A DNA stretch of 24,000 nucleotides, taken from Aquificota bacterium. GTDB lineage: Bacteria; Aquificota; Aquificia; Aquificales; Aquificaceae. Under the pieces are notes generated by a model. The model had not been told where the DNA came from. It worked only from the letters and a program-made list of their open reading frames with translations, and searched no databases. The first letter of the stretch is position 1. Each line of letters begins with the position of its first letter. A program made the translations under genes and the position numbers. Below, in pieces: positions 1 through 7,923 of the stretch. The stretch lies in the NCBI GenBank assembly GCA_013154375.1, contig JAADCR010000070.1, positions 1 to 24,000 on the forward strand. The letters are read 5' to 3'.

Positions 1-380
1 TCGGAGTTGTAGTAGAACTTAACGCCTTGCTCCTCGAGCCGTCTTCTTAACGAGAGGTAGTTAACGAGGTTACCGTTGTGTACGAGCGCAACTTTCCCTA
101 AGGGCGTCTCACGGACTATGGGCTGGGCGTTGCTCGGGCCCGAGCCGCCGGCGGTAGAGTAGCGCACGTGGGCCACGGCTTTGTCGCCTTTAAGGTAGGC
201 GAGGTCTTCCTTGGTTATGCTCTCGAGCACTTTCCCGGGCTTTTTGACCGTGTATATGCCTTTACCCTCGGACGAGCTTATGCCTACGCTCTCTTGCCCG
301 CGGTGCTGGAGTGAGTAGACGAGCAGGTACGCGTACTGGGAAGCCCGTTCGGAGTTAAAGACGCCCGCGATGCCGCACAT
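1..380 (-). CDS. purF: Amidophosphoribosyltransferase, N-terminal part (runs off the left edge)
   Basis: Reverse-strand translation from the ATG at 380 gives MCGIAGVFNSERASQYAYLLVYSLQHRGQESVGISSSEGKGIYTVKKPGKVL...AVAHVRYSTAGGSGPSNAQPIV...LVHNGNLVNY. This has the Ntn glutamine amidotransferase Cys2 nucleophile and the QHRGQES / HVRYSTAG / HNGNLVN motifs of PurF. Not in the supplied ORF track because it is partial. Confidence 0.93.
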   Translation of the reverse strand, partial: MCGIAGVFNSERASQYAYLLVYSLQHRGQESVGISSSEGKGIYTVKKPGKVLESITKEDLAYLKGDKAVAHVRYSTAGGSGPSNAQPIVRETPLGKVALVHNGNLVNYLSLRRRLEEQGVKFYYNS

Positions 381-415
381 AGAAGCTACTTCTCAAGATT
401 ATAAAATAGGTGCCT

Positions 416-1267
416 ATGGTAGAGATACTCGTAGCCGAGCACGCGGGCTTCTGCTTCGGCGTTAAGCGGGCCGTAAAGCTGGCCGAAGAGCAGGCGCGTA
501 AAAAGAGCCGCGTCTACACGCTCGGCCCGATTATCCACAACCCTCAGGAGGTTAACCGTCTAAAGGGGCTGGGCGTAGAGCCGCTAAAGGGTGAGGCGCC
601 CGAGGGCTCTACGCTGGTGGTCCGCTCGCACGGCATCCCTCCCCAAGAAGAGAGAAAGCTTAAAGAGGCCGGGTACGAGCTGGTGGACGCCACCTGTCCT
701 TACGTAAAGGCCGTCCACGAGGCGGTCTGCCGTCTGGCGAAGGAAGGCTACTTCGTCGTCATCGTGGGTGAGAAGAACCACCCCGAGGTGGTCGGGACGC
801 TGGGCTACCTTAAGGCCTGTAACGGCAAAGGGGAGGTCGTCGAGAGTAAAGAGGACCTCGAGCGCGTGACGGTCTACGAGCGCGTGGGCGTGGTAGCCCA
901 GACGACGCAGAACGAGGCGTTCTTTAAAGAAGTAGTAGGCGAGCTTGCGCTCTGGGTAAAGGAGCTTAAGGTTATAAACACCATATGTAACGCCACCTCT
1001 CTGCGTCAAGAGAGCGTCCGCGAGCTGGCACCGCGCGTAGACGTTATGATAATCGTCGGCGGGAAAAACAGCGGTAACACGCGGCGGCTCTATCACATAG
1101 CCCGCTCGCTAAACCCGCGGACCTACCACGTGGAGACGGAGGAGGAGCTAAAGCCCGAGTGGTTCGAGGGGGCTAAACGCGTAGGCCTCTCGGCGGGAGC
1201 CTCCACGCCCGACTGGATAATAAAGCGCGTGAAAGATAAAATAAAAGAGCTATGCTCCGGCTCCTGA
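416..1267 (+). CDS. ispH: 4-hydroxy-3-methylbut-2-enyl diphosphate reductase (IspH/LytB)
   Basis: ORF 410..1267; AEHAGFCFGVKRAV, TLGPIIHNPQEV, RSHGIPP, DATCPYV, NATSLRQ and SAGASTP motifs. The ATG at 416 with an upstream AGG is a likelier start than the GTG at 410. Confidence 0.95.
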   Translation: MVEILVAEHAGFCFGVKRAVKLAEEQARKKSRVYTLGPIIHNPQEVNRLKGLGVEPLKGEAPEGSTLVVRSHGIPPQEERKLKEAGYELVDATCPYVKAVHEAVCRLAKEGYFVVIVGEKNHPEVVGTLGYLKACNGKGEVVESKEDLERVTVYERVGVVAQTTQNEAFFKEVVGELALWVKELKVINTICNATSLRQESVRELAPRVDVMIIVGGKNSGNTRRLYHIARSLNPRTYHVETEEELKPEWFEGAKRVGLSAGASTPDWIIKRVKDKIKELCSGS

Positions 1268-1749
1268 CGCTCATGCTTTTCAGCCTGCTCTTTGCCTCGG
1301 AGTTTATGAGAGAGGTCGTCAGGGAGCTGGTAAAAGAGCTCCCGCTCGAGCAGGCGGTAAAAGTAGGCAGCGGCGAGCGGGAGCTTATCGTCTTTATGAA
1401 CCCCGACTGCCCGCACTGCCGTAAAGAGTGGGCTGAGCTTAGGAAACACCTCGACGAGCTTAAGCTTTTCGTCTTTTTAGTACCCTTTAAAGGCTGGGGC
1501 GAAGAGAACGCGCGGAAGGTCTACTTCGTCCTCTGCTCGGACGAGCCGGCTGAGGCGCTCGACGCGGTGCTAACGGGTAAGCTCGACGGCAAGGTCCCGC
1601 CCGTAGAGCCGTGCGAGCGCGTGGAGGCTCACCTTAAGGCCGCACGGATAGTGGGCCTCGAGGGCGTGCCCTACAACATCCTCCCGCAGGAGGGCCGCAT
1701 TATAGAAGGTGCCTCGGAAGAGCTTTACCGGCTGCTGGGCCTGCGGTAA
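1252..1749 (+). CDS. Secreted thioredoxin-fold / DsbC-like thiol-disulfide protein
   Basis: N-terminal hydrophobic signal (MLRLLTLMLFSLLFA), then LIVFMNPDCPHCRKEW with a CPHC active site and a GVPYNI cis-Pro-like loop. The start overlaps the ispH end. Confidence 0.75.
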   Translation: MLRLLTLMLFSLLFASEFMREVVRELVKELPLEQAVKVGSGERELIVFMNPDCPHCRKEWAELRKHLDELKLFVFLVPFKGWGEENARKVYFVLCSDEPAEALDAVLTGKLDGKVPPVEPCERVEAHLKAARIVGLEGVPYNILPQEGRIIEGASEELYRLLGLR

Positions 1750-1764
1750 GTATAATCTGAACTT

Positions 1765-2946
1765 ATGCTTACTAAAGAAGAGAAGAAGGTCGTAGCGGGC
1801 ATAACCTTCGTCGTCGTAGCCCGGTTTTTAGGCCTGTTTCTGCTCCTGCCCGTTTTAGCGCCTTACGTAAAGACGCTCGAGGGCGCCACCCCCCTGCTCG
1901 TGGGTCTCGCCGTAGGCGTTTACGGCTTTACGCAGGCGCTCCTACAGATACCCTTCGGCTACCTCTCGGACAAGTACTCGAGAAAAGCCGTAATTAGTGC
2001 GGGTCTGCTCGTCTACGCGCTGGGGAGCTTTTTAGGCGCCGTCGTAAGCACGGCTTGGGGTATGGTGCTGGCGCGCTTCCTTCAGGGCGCGGGAGCCATA
2101 TCCTCGGCCGCTATAGCCCTCGCGGCGGACCTCGTGCGCGAGGAGGTCCGTACGGTAGCCTTCGCGCACATAGGCGCCGCCATAGGTCTTACTTTTGCCT
2201 TCAGCATCGTCGTCTCGCCGCTGCTTGCAGGCTATCTGGGCGTACCCGCCCTCTTCGTCCTTACGGGCCTTCTCAGCCTTCTGGCCCTGCTTTACCTCTG
2301 GCTCTTTATAAAAGAGCCCGAGCGCCACAGAAAAGAGATTGAGCCGTTTCTAAAGACGCTCCCGTCTATACTCCGCGACCGCAACCAGCTCGTTATAGAC
2401 CTCTCGGTCATGCTCTTACACCTCGTTCTTGTGGCCCTCTTTACCGTAGTGCCCGTGGAGCTTATAGAGCGCTACGGTCTGCCCAAGCCCGAGCACTGGA
2501 AGGTGTACCTCCCGGTAATTTTGGTCTCGTTAGCGGTCATGGTGCCGGCGGTTATAGCCGCCGAGAAGCGCGGCAGGATTAAAGAGGTCTACCTGTCGGG
2601 CGTGGCGCTGATAGCCCTCGGCTTTCTCGTCTACCTGCTCGTACCCGGCTTCTGGGGTCTCGTGGGCATGCTGCTACTCTTCTTCGTAGGCTTTCACCTC
2701 CTCGAGCCCGTCCTGCCCTCGCTCCTTACCAAGCTCGCCGGGCCCGAAAAAAGGGGCATCGCCGTAGGCGTTTACAACACCTTCCAGTTCGTAGGAGCCT
2801 TTACCGGCGGTCTCTTGGGCGGCCTGTTTTTAAAGCTCGGGAGCGCGGTCATGAGTATTACGCTGGGCCTGCTCTCGCTTTTTTGGCTGCTTCTCGTCGG
2901 CAGCTGGATTAAAAGCGCCCCCTTAGGCGGGCAGAGGGGCGCATGA
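1765..2946 (+). CDS. Major facilitator superfamily transporter
   Basis: 393 aa with many TM segments and the MFS motif GYLSDKYSRKAVI / ARFLQGAGAISSAA. Confidence 0.88.
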   Translation: MLTKEEKKVVAGITFVVVARFLGLFLLLPVLAPYVKTLEGATPLLVGLAVGVYGFTQALLQIPFGYLSDKYSRKAVISAGLLVYALGSFLGAVVSTAWGMVLARFLQGAGAISSAAIALAADLVREEVRTVAFAHIGAAIGLTFAFSIVVSPLLAGYLGVPALFVLTGLLSLLALLYLWLFIKEPERHRKEIEPFLKTLPSILRDRNQLVIDLSVMLLHLVLVALFTVVPVELIERYGLPKPEHWKVYLPVILVSLAVMVPAVIAAEKRGRIKEVYLSGVALIALGFLVYLLVPGFWGLVGMLLLFFVGFHLLEPVLPSLLTKLAGPEKRGIAVGVYNTFQFVGAFTGGLLGGLFLKLGSAVMSITLGLLSLFWLLLVGSWIKSAPLGGQRGA

Positions 2947-4274
2947 GACTCCTTCTGCTTCTTATCCTTGCCGCCTTTTTAAGCCTCCTGCCCAACTTAA
3001 ACGCGTTTCCCTTTAGGGGCGAGGAGGCTACGCGTGCCATCGTGGCCTTCGAGATGGCCCACTCGGGTAAGTACTTCCAGCCCACTATACTGGGCGAGCC
3101 TTACTTTAACAAACCGCCCCTATTTAACTGGCTTATAGTGCTGTACGCTAAGCTCCTCGGCTGGGACGTCGTAACGGCGCGGGCCGTAAGCGTAACCTTT
3201 ACCTTCCTAAACGGTCTTTTGGTGGCCCTTCTGCTTCTTAGCTTAGGACTTAAGCCCGAGAAGGCCCTTCTGGGCTTTCTGGCCTTCGTGACTCTTGCCG
3301 ACGTGCTTTTCTGGTACGGCTGGCTTGCCGAGATTGACGTCACGCTTACCTTCTTTACCTTCCTGCTGTTTTTAAGCCTCTGGCGCTACCGCGAGACGAG
3401 ACGGCTCGGTTACCTCTACGCGGCCTCCCTCCTTACGGGCGTCACCTTTATGCTTAAAGGCTTCCCCGCCTTCGCCTTCTTCGGCCTTAGCCTGTTGGCC
3501 CTTGCCGTCTACGAGCGGCGCTTTCTCTTTCTCTTCTCCCGCTCCTTTTTAGCAGCCTACGCGCTGGCGCTCGTCTCGTCCCTCTGGTGGCTCCCCCTGT
3601 CGGACTACCCCCTTCTGTACCTAAAGACGCTATGGCGGGAGAGCTTCAGCCGCGTGGAGAGCTCTAAAGACGCTTACGCGTTCTTAAAGCACCTTATCAC
3701 CTACCCGCTTTTAAACTTTAAGCAGCTGCTTCCCCTCTCGCCCTTCGTCCTTTACGCCCTCTGGCGCTACCGGCCCGCTTTAGACCGCCCTTACCGGTTT
3801 TTCGCCCTTCTTGCGGGTTTTAACTACCTTCCCTACCTCCTCTCGGCCGCCAGTAGGGGCAGGTACGTCCTGCCGCTGTTTCCGCTTGTTACCGTAATAG
3901 GCGTTAAGCTCTTAAAAGAGCGGCTCGTAAAGCTCTTTCTGCTGGCGGTAGGCGTAGCGGTGCTGCTGAGGCTGCTTTTCGGTCTTTTCTACCTGCCTTA
4001 CCTGAACGAGAAGCGCGGCAAGCCTAAAGAGAAGGCCTACGAGCTGGCCAAGCTCGTAGAGGGACACGAGGTGGCCTGTAACTGCCCTAAAGACTTCTGT
4101 TTATACTTAGACTTTTACTTAGGACGGCCGCTTTACAAAGAGCGGCTCGTACCCGGCTGGCGTTACCTCGTAGACTGTAAAGAGAGGCCTTTTAAGCTCG
4201 TAAGAAGGTACCGGCTCGGTAGTAAGGAGGTGTTCGTGTATGAGAGGGCTGTTGGCGCTGCTGGCGCTAATTAG
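2943..4274 (+). CDS. Integral membrane glycosyltransferase, GT39/ArnT-PMT-like
   Basis: 443 aa with an N-terminal GEEATRAIVAFEMAHSGKYFQPTILGEPYFNKPPLFNWLI motif typical of ArnT/PMT-like transferases, followed by many TMs; 4-nt overlap with the upstream MFS gene. Confidence 0.85.
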   Translation: MRLLLLLILAAFLSLLPNLNAFPFRGEEATRAIVAFEMAHSGKYFQPTILGEPYFNKPPLFNWLIVLYAKLLGWDVVTARAVSVTFTFLNGLLVALLLLSLGLKPEKALLGFLAFVTLADVLFWYGWLAEIDVTLTFFTFLLFLSLWRYRETRRLGYLYAASLLTGVTFMLKGFPAFAFFGLSLLALAVYERRFLFLFSRSFLAAYALALVSSLWWLPLSDYPLLYLKTLWRESFSRVESSKDAYAFLKHLITYPLLNFKQLLPLSPFVLYALWRYRPALDRPYRFFALLAGFNYLPYLLSAASRGRYVLPLFPLVTVIGVKLLKERLVKLFLLAVGVAVLLRLLFGLFYLPYLNEKRGKPKEKAYELAKLVEGHEVACNCPKDFCLYLDFYLGRPLYKERLVPGWRYLVDCKERPFKLVRRYRLGSKEVFVYERAVGAAGAN

Positions 4275-4500
4275 TCTGGCTTACGCGGTGCCTAAGTACT
4301 TAGAGGACTGCCTCGAGAGCGCCCTCGACCTTAAGAAGGCGCTCGAGAAGGCCGAGCCTTACACGGGTAAAGTCTACAAGGCCTACCTCTCGAAGCGGAA
4401 AAAGACGGGCGAGTGCCTGTACAAGATAAAGGGCGTTAAGGGGACGGCCGTCTTAGACGCTACTACGGGCGAGCTGGTTAACTTCTTTAAACGCAGGTGA
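4240..4500 (+). CDS. Small secreted PepSY-like protein
   Basis: 86 aa with a signal peptide (MRGLLALLALISLAYA) and a C-terminal YKIKGVKGTAVLDATTGELVNFF resembling the PepSY pattern. GGAGG at 4226-4230 lies upstream of the ATG at 4240. Confidence 0.6.
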   Translation: MRGLLALLALISLAYAVPKYLEDCLESALDLKKALEKAEPYTGKVYKAYLSKRKKTGECLYKIKGVKGTAVLDATTGELVNFFKRR

Positions 4501-5917
4501 AGCGCTTTACGAGCCTTACGGGCGAGCGCGGGAAGTGCTTGTCGGCAAAGTAGAACGAGACCTCGGCCGTAGAGCGCCCGAGCGTGACCACGGCGTAGCC
4601 CCACAGCTGGTGGCTCACCCACTTTAGGCTCTCGTTCTCCTTTAGCTCCCGCGTCTCGGTTATCTGAGGGTCGGGACCGCCTTTACGGCGGTAGCGGTCC
4701 AGACCGTTAAACGAGCTTAACGGCGGCGCCACCACCTCCGTACCCCAAGGATGGGACCAGAGCATGGCCGCGTGGCGGTCGCCCGTAAGCACGAGCACCT
4801 TTTTACCGGCGAAGCGCTTTATTATCTCGTCGCGCTCGCGCGCGTAGCCGTTCCAGCTGTCGAGGTCCTTCCGACGGGGCCTTTTAAGCGGCGAGAAGAG
4901 CACCTCGTTGGCCCACAGAAACCAGCCCTTCTCTTGCCCGAGCTCGTTAAAGAACCACCTTTTCTGCTCCTCTCCGAGCATGGTCTTAGGCTCGCGGCCG
5001 TAGTAAGGCTGGAGGTCGCGGAAGCTCCGCTCGTCGGTTACGACCAGACGGCCCAGCGAGCCGAGCTTAAAGCTCGCGTAGGTGGTGCCGTAAAACGGCG
5101 GCGGCAGTTTTTTTAGGCGGCGCGGCGTAAAGGCCTCCCAGACGCGGACGGCGGCCCGCCTGAGTCTCAGCGTCTCCTCGCGCTTAAGCTCGTACGGGTG
5201 GCCGGGTAGGCGGTAAAAACCCCGCTCGTAGTCAAACGCGTAGTCGTTGGCGTACTCGTGGTCGTCCCAGAGGTAGAGAAAGCTCTGGAGCGCCCGCGCC
5301 TTCTTGTAGCTCTCGTCCGAGAGGTACAGCTTATAAAGGTACGCGTAGTCTTCTTCGGTCAAGCAGACGGTGCCGCCGCTCGGCAGCTCGGGCCGGTAGG
5401 GCCTGACCCCGTCGTAAAACAGCCGCTCGTATATCCGGTCGCCTAAAAAGACCACGAGGTCCAGCTCCTCGGCCGCCAGACCCTCGTAGGCCGCGTAAAA
5501 GCCGTTCTCGTAGTTCTGACAGGTGACGAGGGCTATCTTAAGCCTCTCGGGCTCTTCGGGCAGCGTTTTGAAGGTGCCGCCCGTCTGCGTGCCCAGCGCC
5601 TCAAACAGGTAAAAGTAGCGCTCGCCGGGCTTTAGGCCTTTAAGCCGGAGCTTTACCGTCCCGAAGGGCCCGGGCTTTAAGACGGCCTCGCGGACGGTCC
5701 GTTTCTTGGCGTCGAGCAGGCGGAGCCGTACGGCCGCGTCGGGACGGGTTACGCGCGTCCACAGTAAGACCGAGCGGCTCGTAAGCTCGCCCGAGGCAAC
5801 GCCCTGAGGGAAGAGCTCCTCGCCCTTTTCTAAGCTCTTTATCGCCTCCTCGGCAAAAGGCAGACCTTTTAGGGCGAAGCACGCAAGAGCCGAGCCTAAA
5901 AACTTCCTGCGGTTCAT
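4487..5917 (-). CDS. phoD: PhoD-like alkaline phosphatase / phosphodiesterase, Tat-exported
   Basis: 476 aa with a twin-arginine signal NRRKFLGSALACFAL and the motifs FPQGVASGELTSRSVLLWTRV, VFLGDRIYER, YLWDDHEYANDY and LVLTGDRHAAMLW, characteristic of the PhoD family. Confidence 0.88.
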   Translation of the reverse strand: MNRRKFLGSALACFALKGLPFAEEAIKSLEKGEELFPQGVASGELTSRSVLLWTRVTRPDAAVRLRLLDAKKRTVREAVLKPGPFGTVKLRLKGLKPGERYFYLFEALGTQTGGTFKTLPEEPERLKIALVTCQNYENGFYAAYEGLAAEELDLVVFLGDRIYERLFYDGVRPYRPELPSGGTVCLTEEDYAYLYKLYLSDESYKKARALQSFLYLWDDHEYANDYAFDYERGFYRLPGHPYELKREETLRLRRAAVRVWEAFTPRRLKKLPPPFYGTTYASFKLGSLGRLVVTDERSFRDLQPYYGREPKTMLGEEQKRWFFNELGQEKGWFLWANEVLFSPLKRPRRKDLDSWNGYARERDEIIKRFAGKKVLVLTGDRHAAMLWSHPWGTEVVAPPLSSFNGLDRYRRKGGPDPQITETRELKENESLKWVSHQLWGYAVVTLGRSTAEVSFYFADKHFPRSPVRLVKRFTCV

Positions 5918-5926
5918 AATAATAAA

Positions 5927-6481
5927 ATGCCACTCTTCCCGGTCTTTATAGAGCTTACGGGCAGGCCCGTGCTCGTGGTCGGCGGCGGTAAAGTGGCCGC
6001 GCGAAAAGTCAAGCAGCTTCTGCCCTTTAAGCCGGAGGTAACGCTCGTAAGCCCTAAGGCCACGCCCGAGCTCAGGGAGCTTGCCAAGAGAAAGGTGATA
6101 AAGTGGAAGAGACGGGCCTTCCGCCCGTCGGACCTAAGGGGTAAGCTGCTCGTAGTTTTGGCAACAGACGACGCGCGCCTTCAGGCGCGCGTCTCTAAAC
6201 TCTGTAAAGAGAAAGGTATACTGTGTAACGCCGTGGACGCGCCCGAGCACTGCAGCTTTATCTTCCCTTCGCTCGTAAGGCGGGGCGAGCTCGTCGTAGG
6301 CATAAGCACCTCGGGTAAGGTGCCGGCGCTCTCGAGGGCTTTGCGCGAGAAGCTCGAGGAGCTACTGCCGGAGGAGCTCGGGCGTCTGGTCACGGAGCTC
6401 GAGCGGGCGCGAAGCTCGGGCGTTAGAGGGGAGGAGCTTCTGGAGCTGGCGCGCAGGAGGCTCGGGGAGGTTTTACGATGA
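5927..6481 (+). CDS. Precorrin-2 dehydrogenase / sirohydrochlorin ferrochelatase (siroheme synthase N-terminal type)
   Basis: 184 aa; MPLFPVFIELTGRPVLVVGGGKVAARKV, VVLATDD, NAVDAPEHCSFIFPSLVRRGELVVGISTSGKVPALSRALR motifs of the CysG-N/Met8p family. Confidence 0.9.
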   Translation: MPLFPVFIELTGRPVLVVGGGKVAARKVKQLLPFKPEVTLVSPKATPELRELAKRKVIKWKRRAFRPSDLRGKLLVVLATDDARLQARVSKLCKEKGILCNAVDAPEHCSFIFPSLVRRGELVVGISTSGKVPALSRALREKLEELLPEELGRLVTELERARSSGVRGEELLELARRRLGEVLR

Positions 6482-7422
6482 GGCGCGTGGGCTTCGTCTA
6501 CGACCCTATCTACCTTAAGCACGACTGGGAGGGCCACCCGGAGCACAAGGGGAGGCTCGAGGCTATAGTCGACCGGCTCGAGCGGAGCCCGTTAAGGGAG
6601 CGGCTTACTTTTTTAAAGCCGCGGCGGGCAACGCCGGAAGAGGTGGCGCTTAACCACGACCCGGCTTACGTACAGGAGGTTAAGGAGTTCTGCGAGGCGG
6701 GGGGCGGGTTTTTAGACCCCGACACTTACGCCACGCCCTACAGCTACGAGGTGGCCCTGTACGCGGTGGGAGGGCTGCTTAAGGGTGCCGAGGAGCTTAT
6801 AAGCGGCTCCCTCGACGCGGTCTTCTGCGCGGTCCGTCCGCCGGGCCACCACGCGGAGTACGCGCGGGCCATGGGCTTTTGCATCTTTAACAACGCGGCG
6901 GTGCTGGCGCGCTACCTGTTAAAGCGCGGCTTTAAGCGCGTTCTTATTATCGACTTCGACGCGCACCACGGGAACGGGACGCAGCGGAGCTTTTACGAGG
7001 AGGACCGCGTCTTTTACTTCTCGACGCACCAGTACCCGTTTTACCCGGGCACGGGGAGCGCCGACGAGCGGGGGAGCGGCAGGGGTTACGGCTACACGCT
7101 AAACGTCCCTCTACCCGCGGGCGCGGGCGACGAGGAGGTGGTGCCCGTCTACGAGAGGCTGCTGCCCGAGGTTTACGAACGCTTTAGGCCCGAGTTCGTG
7201 GTCGTCTCGGCGGGCTACGACCTGCACGCGGACGACCCGCTTACGCACCTGCGCGTAAGCGACGAGGGGGTGAGGCGGATAGCGCGCAGCATCGTAAAGC
7301 TCTCGGAGGGTCTGCCGCTGCTGTTTACCTTAGAGGGCGGGTACGACCTGAGGGCGCTGGCGGAGGGCGTCCACGCTACGCTGGAGGAGATGCTGTGGGC
7401 CGGCGGAGGAGCGGCAAGGTAA
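6478..7422 (+). CDS. Histone deacetylase / acetoin utilisation (AcuC-like) family amidohydrolase
   Basis: 314 aa; AVRPPGHHAEYARAMGFCIFNN, IIDFDAHHGNGTQ, VSAGYDLHADDPLTHLRV, LEGGYDLRALAEG motifs with Zn ligands. ATGA overlap with the upstream gene. Confidence 0.92.
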   Translation: MRRVGFVYDPIYLKHDWEGHPEHKGRLEAIVDRLERSPLRERLTFLKPRRATPEEVALNHDPAYVQEVKEFCEAGGGFLDPDTYATPYSYEVALYAVGGLLKGAEELISGSLDAVFCAVRPPGHHAEYARAMGFCIFNNAAVLARYLLKRGFKRVLIIDFDAHHGNGTQRSFYEEDRVFYFSTHQYPFYPGTGSADERGSGRGYGYTLNVPLPAGAGDEEVVPVYERLLPEVYERFRPEFVVVSAGYDLHADDPLTHLRVSDEGVRRIARSIVKLSEGLPLLFTLEGGYDLRALAEGVHATLEEMLWAGGGAAR

Positions 7423-7709
7423 AGGTGGAGCACCACCTGCTGGAGGGGCTTAAGGAGTACCTTAGGGAGCTCGAGGGCTGGGACTGCGTGGAGAGCATCA
7501 TCCCGGGCAGGATAGTAAGGCAGAACAAGGGCCGCGGCTCGAAGGGCCTGTTTTTAAAGTACAGAACCGTAAGCGGGTTTAAGCTGCTTTACAAAAGCGG
7601 TAGCTCCGTACAGGAGCTGTTCGTCGTCTCGCCCAAGCCCGAGGAGTTTGAGAAGAGGTTTAACGAGCGGTTCAGACCTCGAGGTACTTTAAAAGGCCCT
7701 TCTGGATGA
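7395..7709 (+). CDS. Conserved hypothetical protein, DUF2103-like
   Basis: 104 aa, MGRRRSGKVKVEHHLLEGLKEYL...IIPGRIVRQNKG...GFKLLYKSGSSVQELFVVSPKPEEFEKRF. Resembles my recollection of DUF2103 proteins. Co-directional overlap with the HDAC gene. Confidence 0.6.
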   Translation: MGRRRSGKVKVEHHLLEGLKEYLRELEGWDCVESIIPGRIVRQNKGRGSKGLFLKYRTVSGFKLLYKSGSSVQELFVVSPKPEEFEKRFNERFRPRGTLKGPSG

Positions 7710-7905
7710 CCGTCATGAGGTAGCTGAGCTCTTGGTAGCTCAGCTTCATGGCCATGCTTTTGCGCTGCTCTTCGCCCTTTTTACCCTCCTCGAGCCTTAT
7801 AAAGGCTCCGCCCTCGGTAAACTCGAGGCTGAGCTTCCGCCACTCGCCCGTCTTCTCGTTGTACCTAAAAAGCTCGGTCTTTTTACGCTCTTGCTTCTCC
7901 GCCAT
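7672..7905 (-). CDS. Small uncharacterised protein, 77 aa, possible nucleic-acid binding
   Basis: The realistic start is the ATG at 7905 inside the track ORF 7672..8238: MAEKQERKKTELFRYNEKTGEWRKLSLEFTEGGAFIRLEEGKKGEEQRKSMAMKLSYQELSYLMTVIQKGLLKYLEV. The upstream part of the track ORF is antisense to hom. Confidence 0.65.
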   Translation of the reverse strand: MAEKQERKKTELFRYNEKTGEWRKLSLEFTEGGAFIRLEEGKKGEEQRKSMAMKLSYQELSYLMTVIQKGLLKYLEV

Positions 7906-7923
7906 AAAGATTAAGATAATCTC

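Noticed and set aside
584-1096. Minus-strand 170-aa ORF antisense to ispH
   Set aside because: Lies wholly opposite the clearly conserved ispH. It is a product of high GC and codon bias, with no family motifs.
2032-2342. Two overlapping ORFs (98 aa minus, 95 aa plus) inside the MFS gene
   Set aside because: Shadow ORFs of a well-supported coding frame with low-complexity Arg/Gly/Pro-rich composition.
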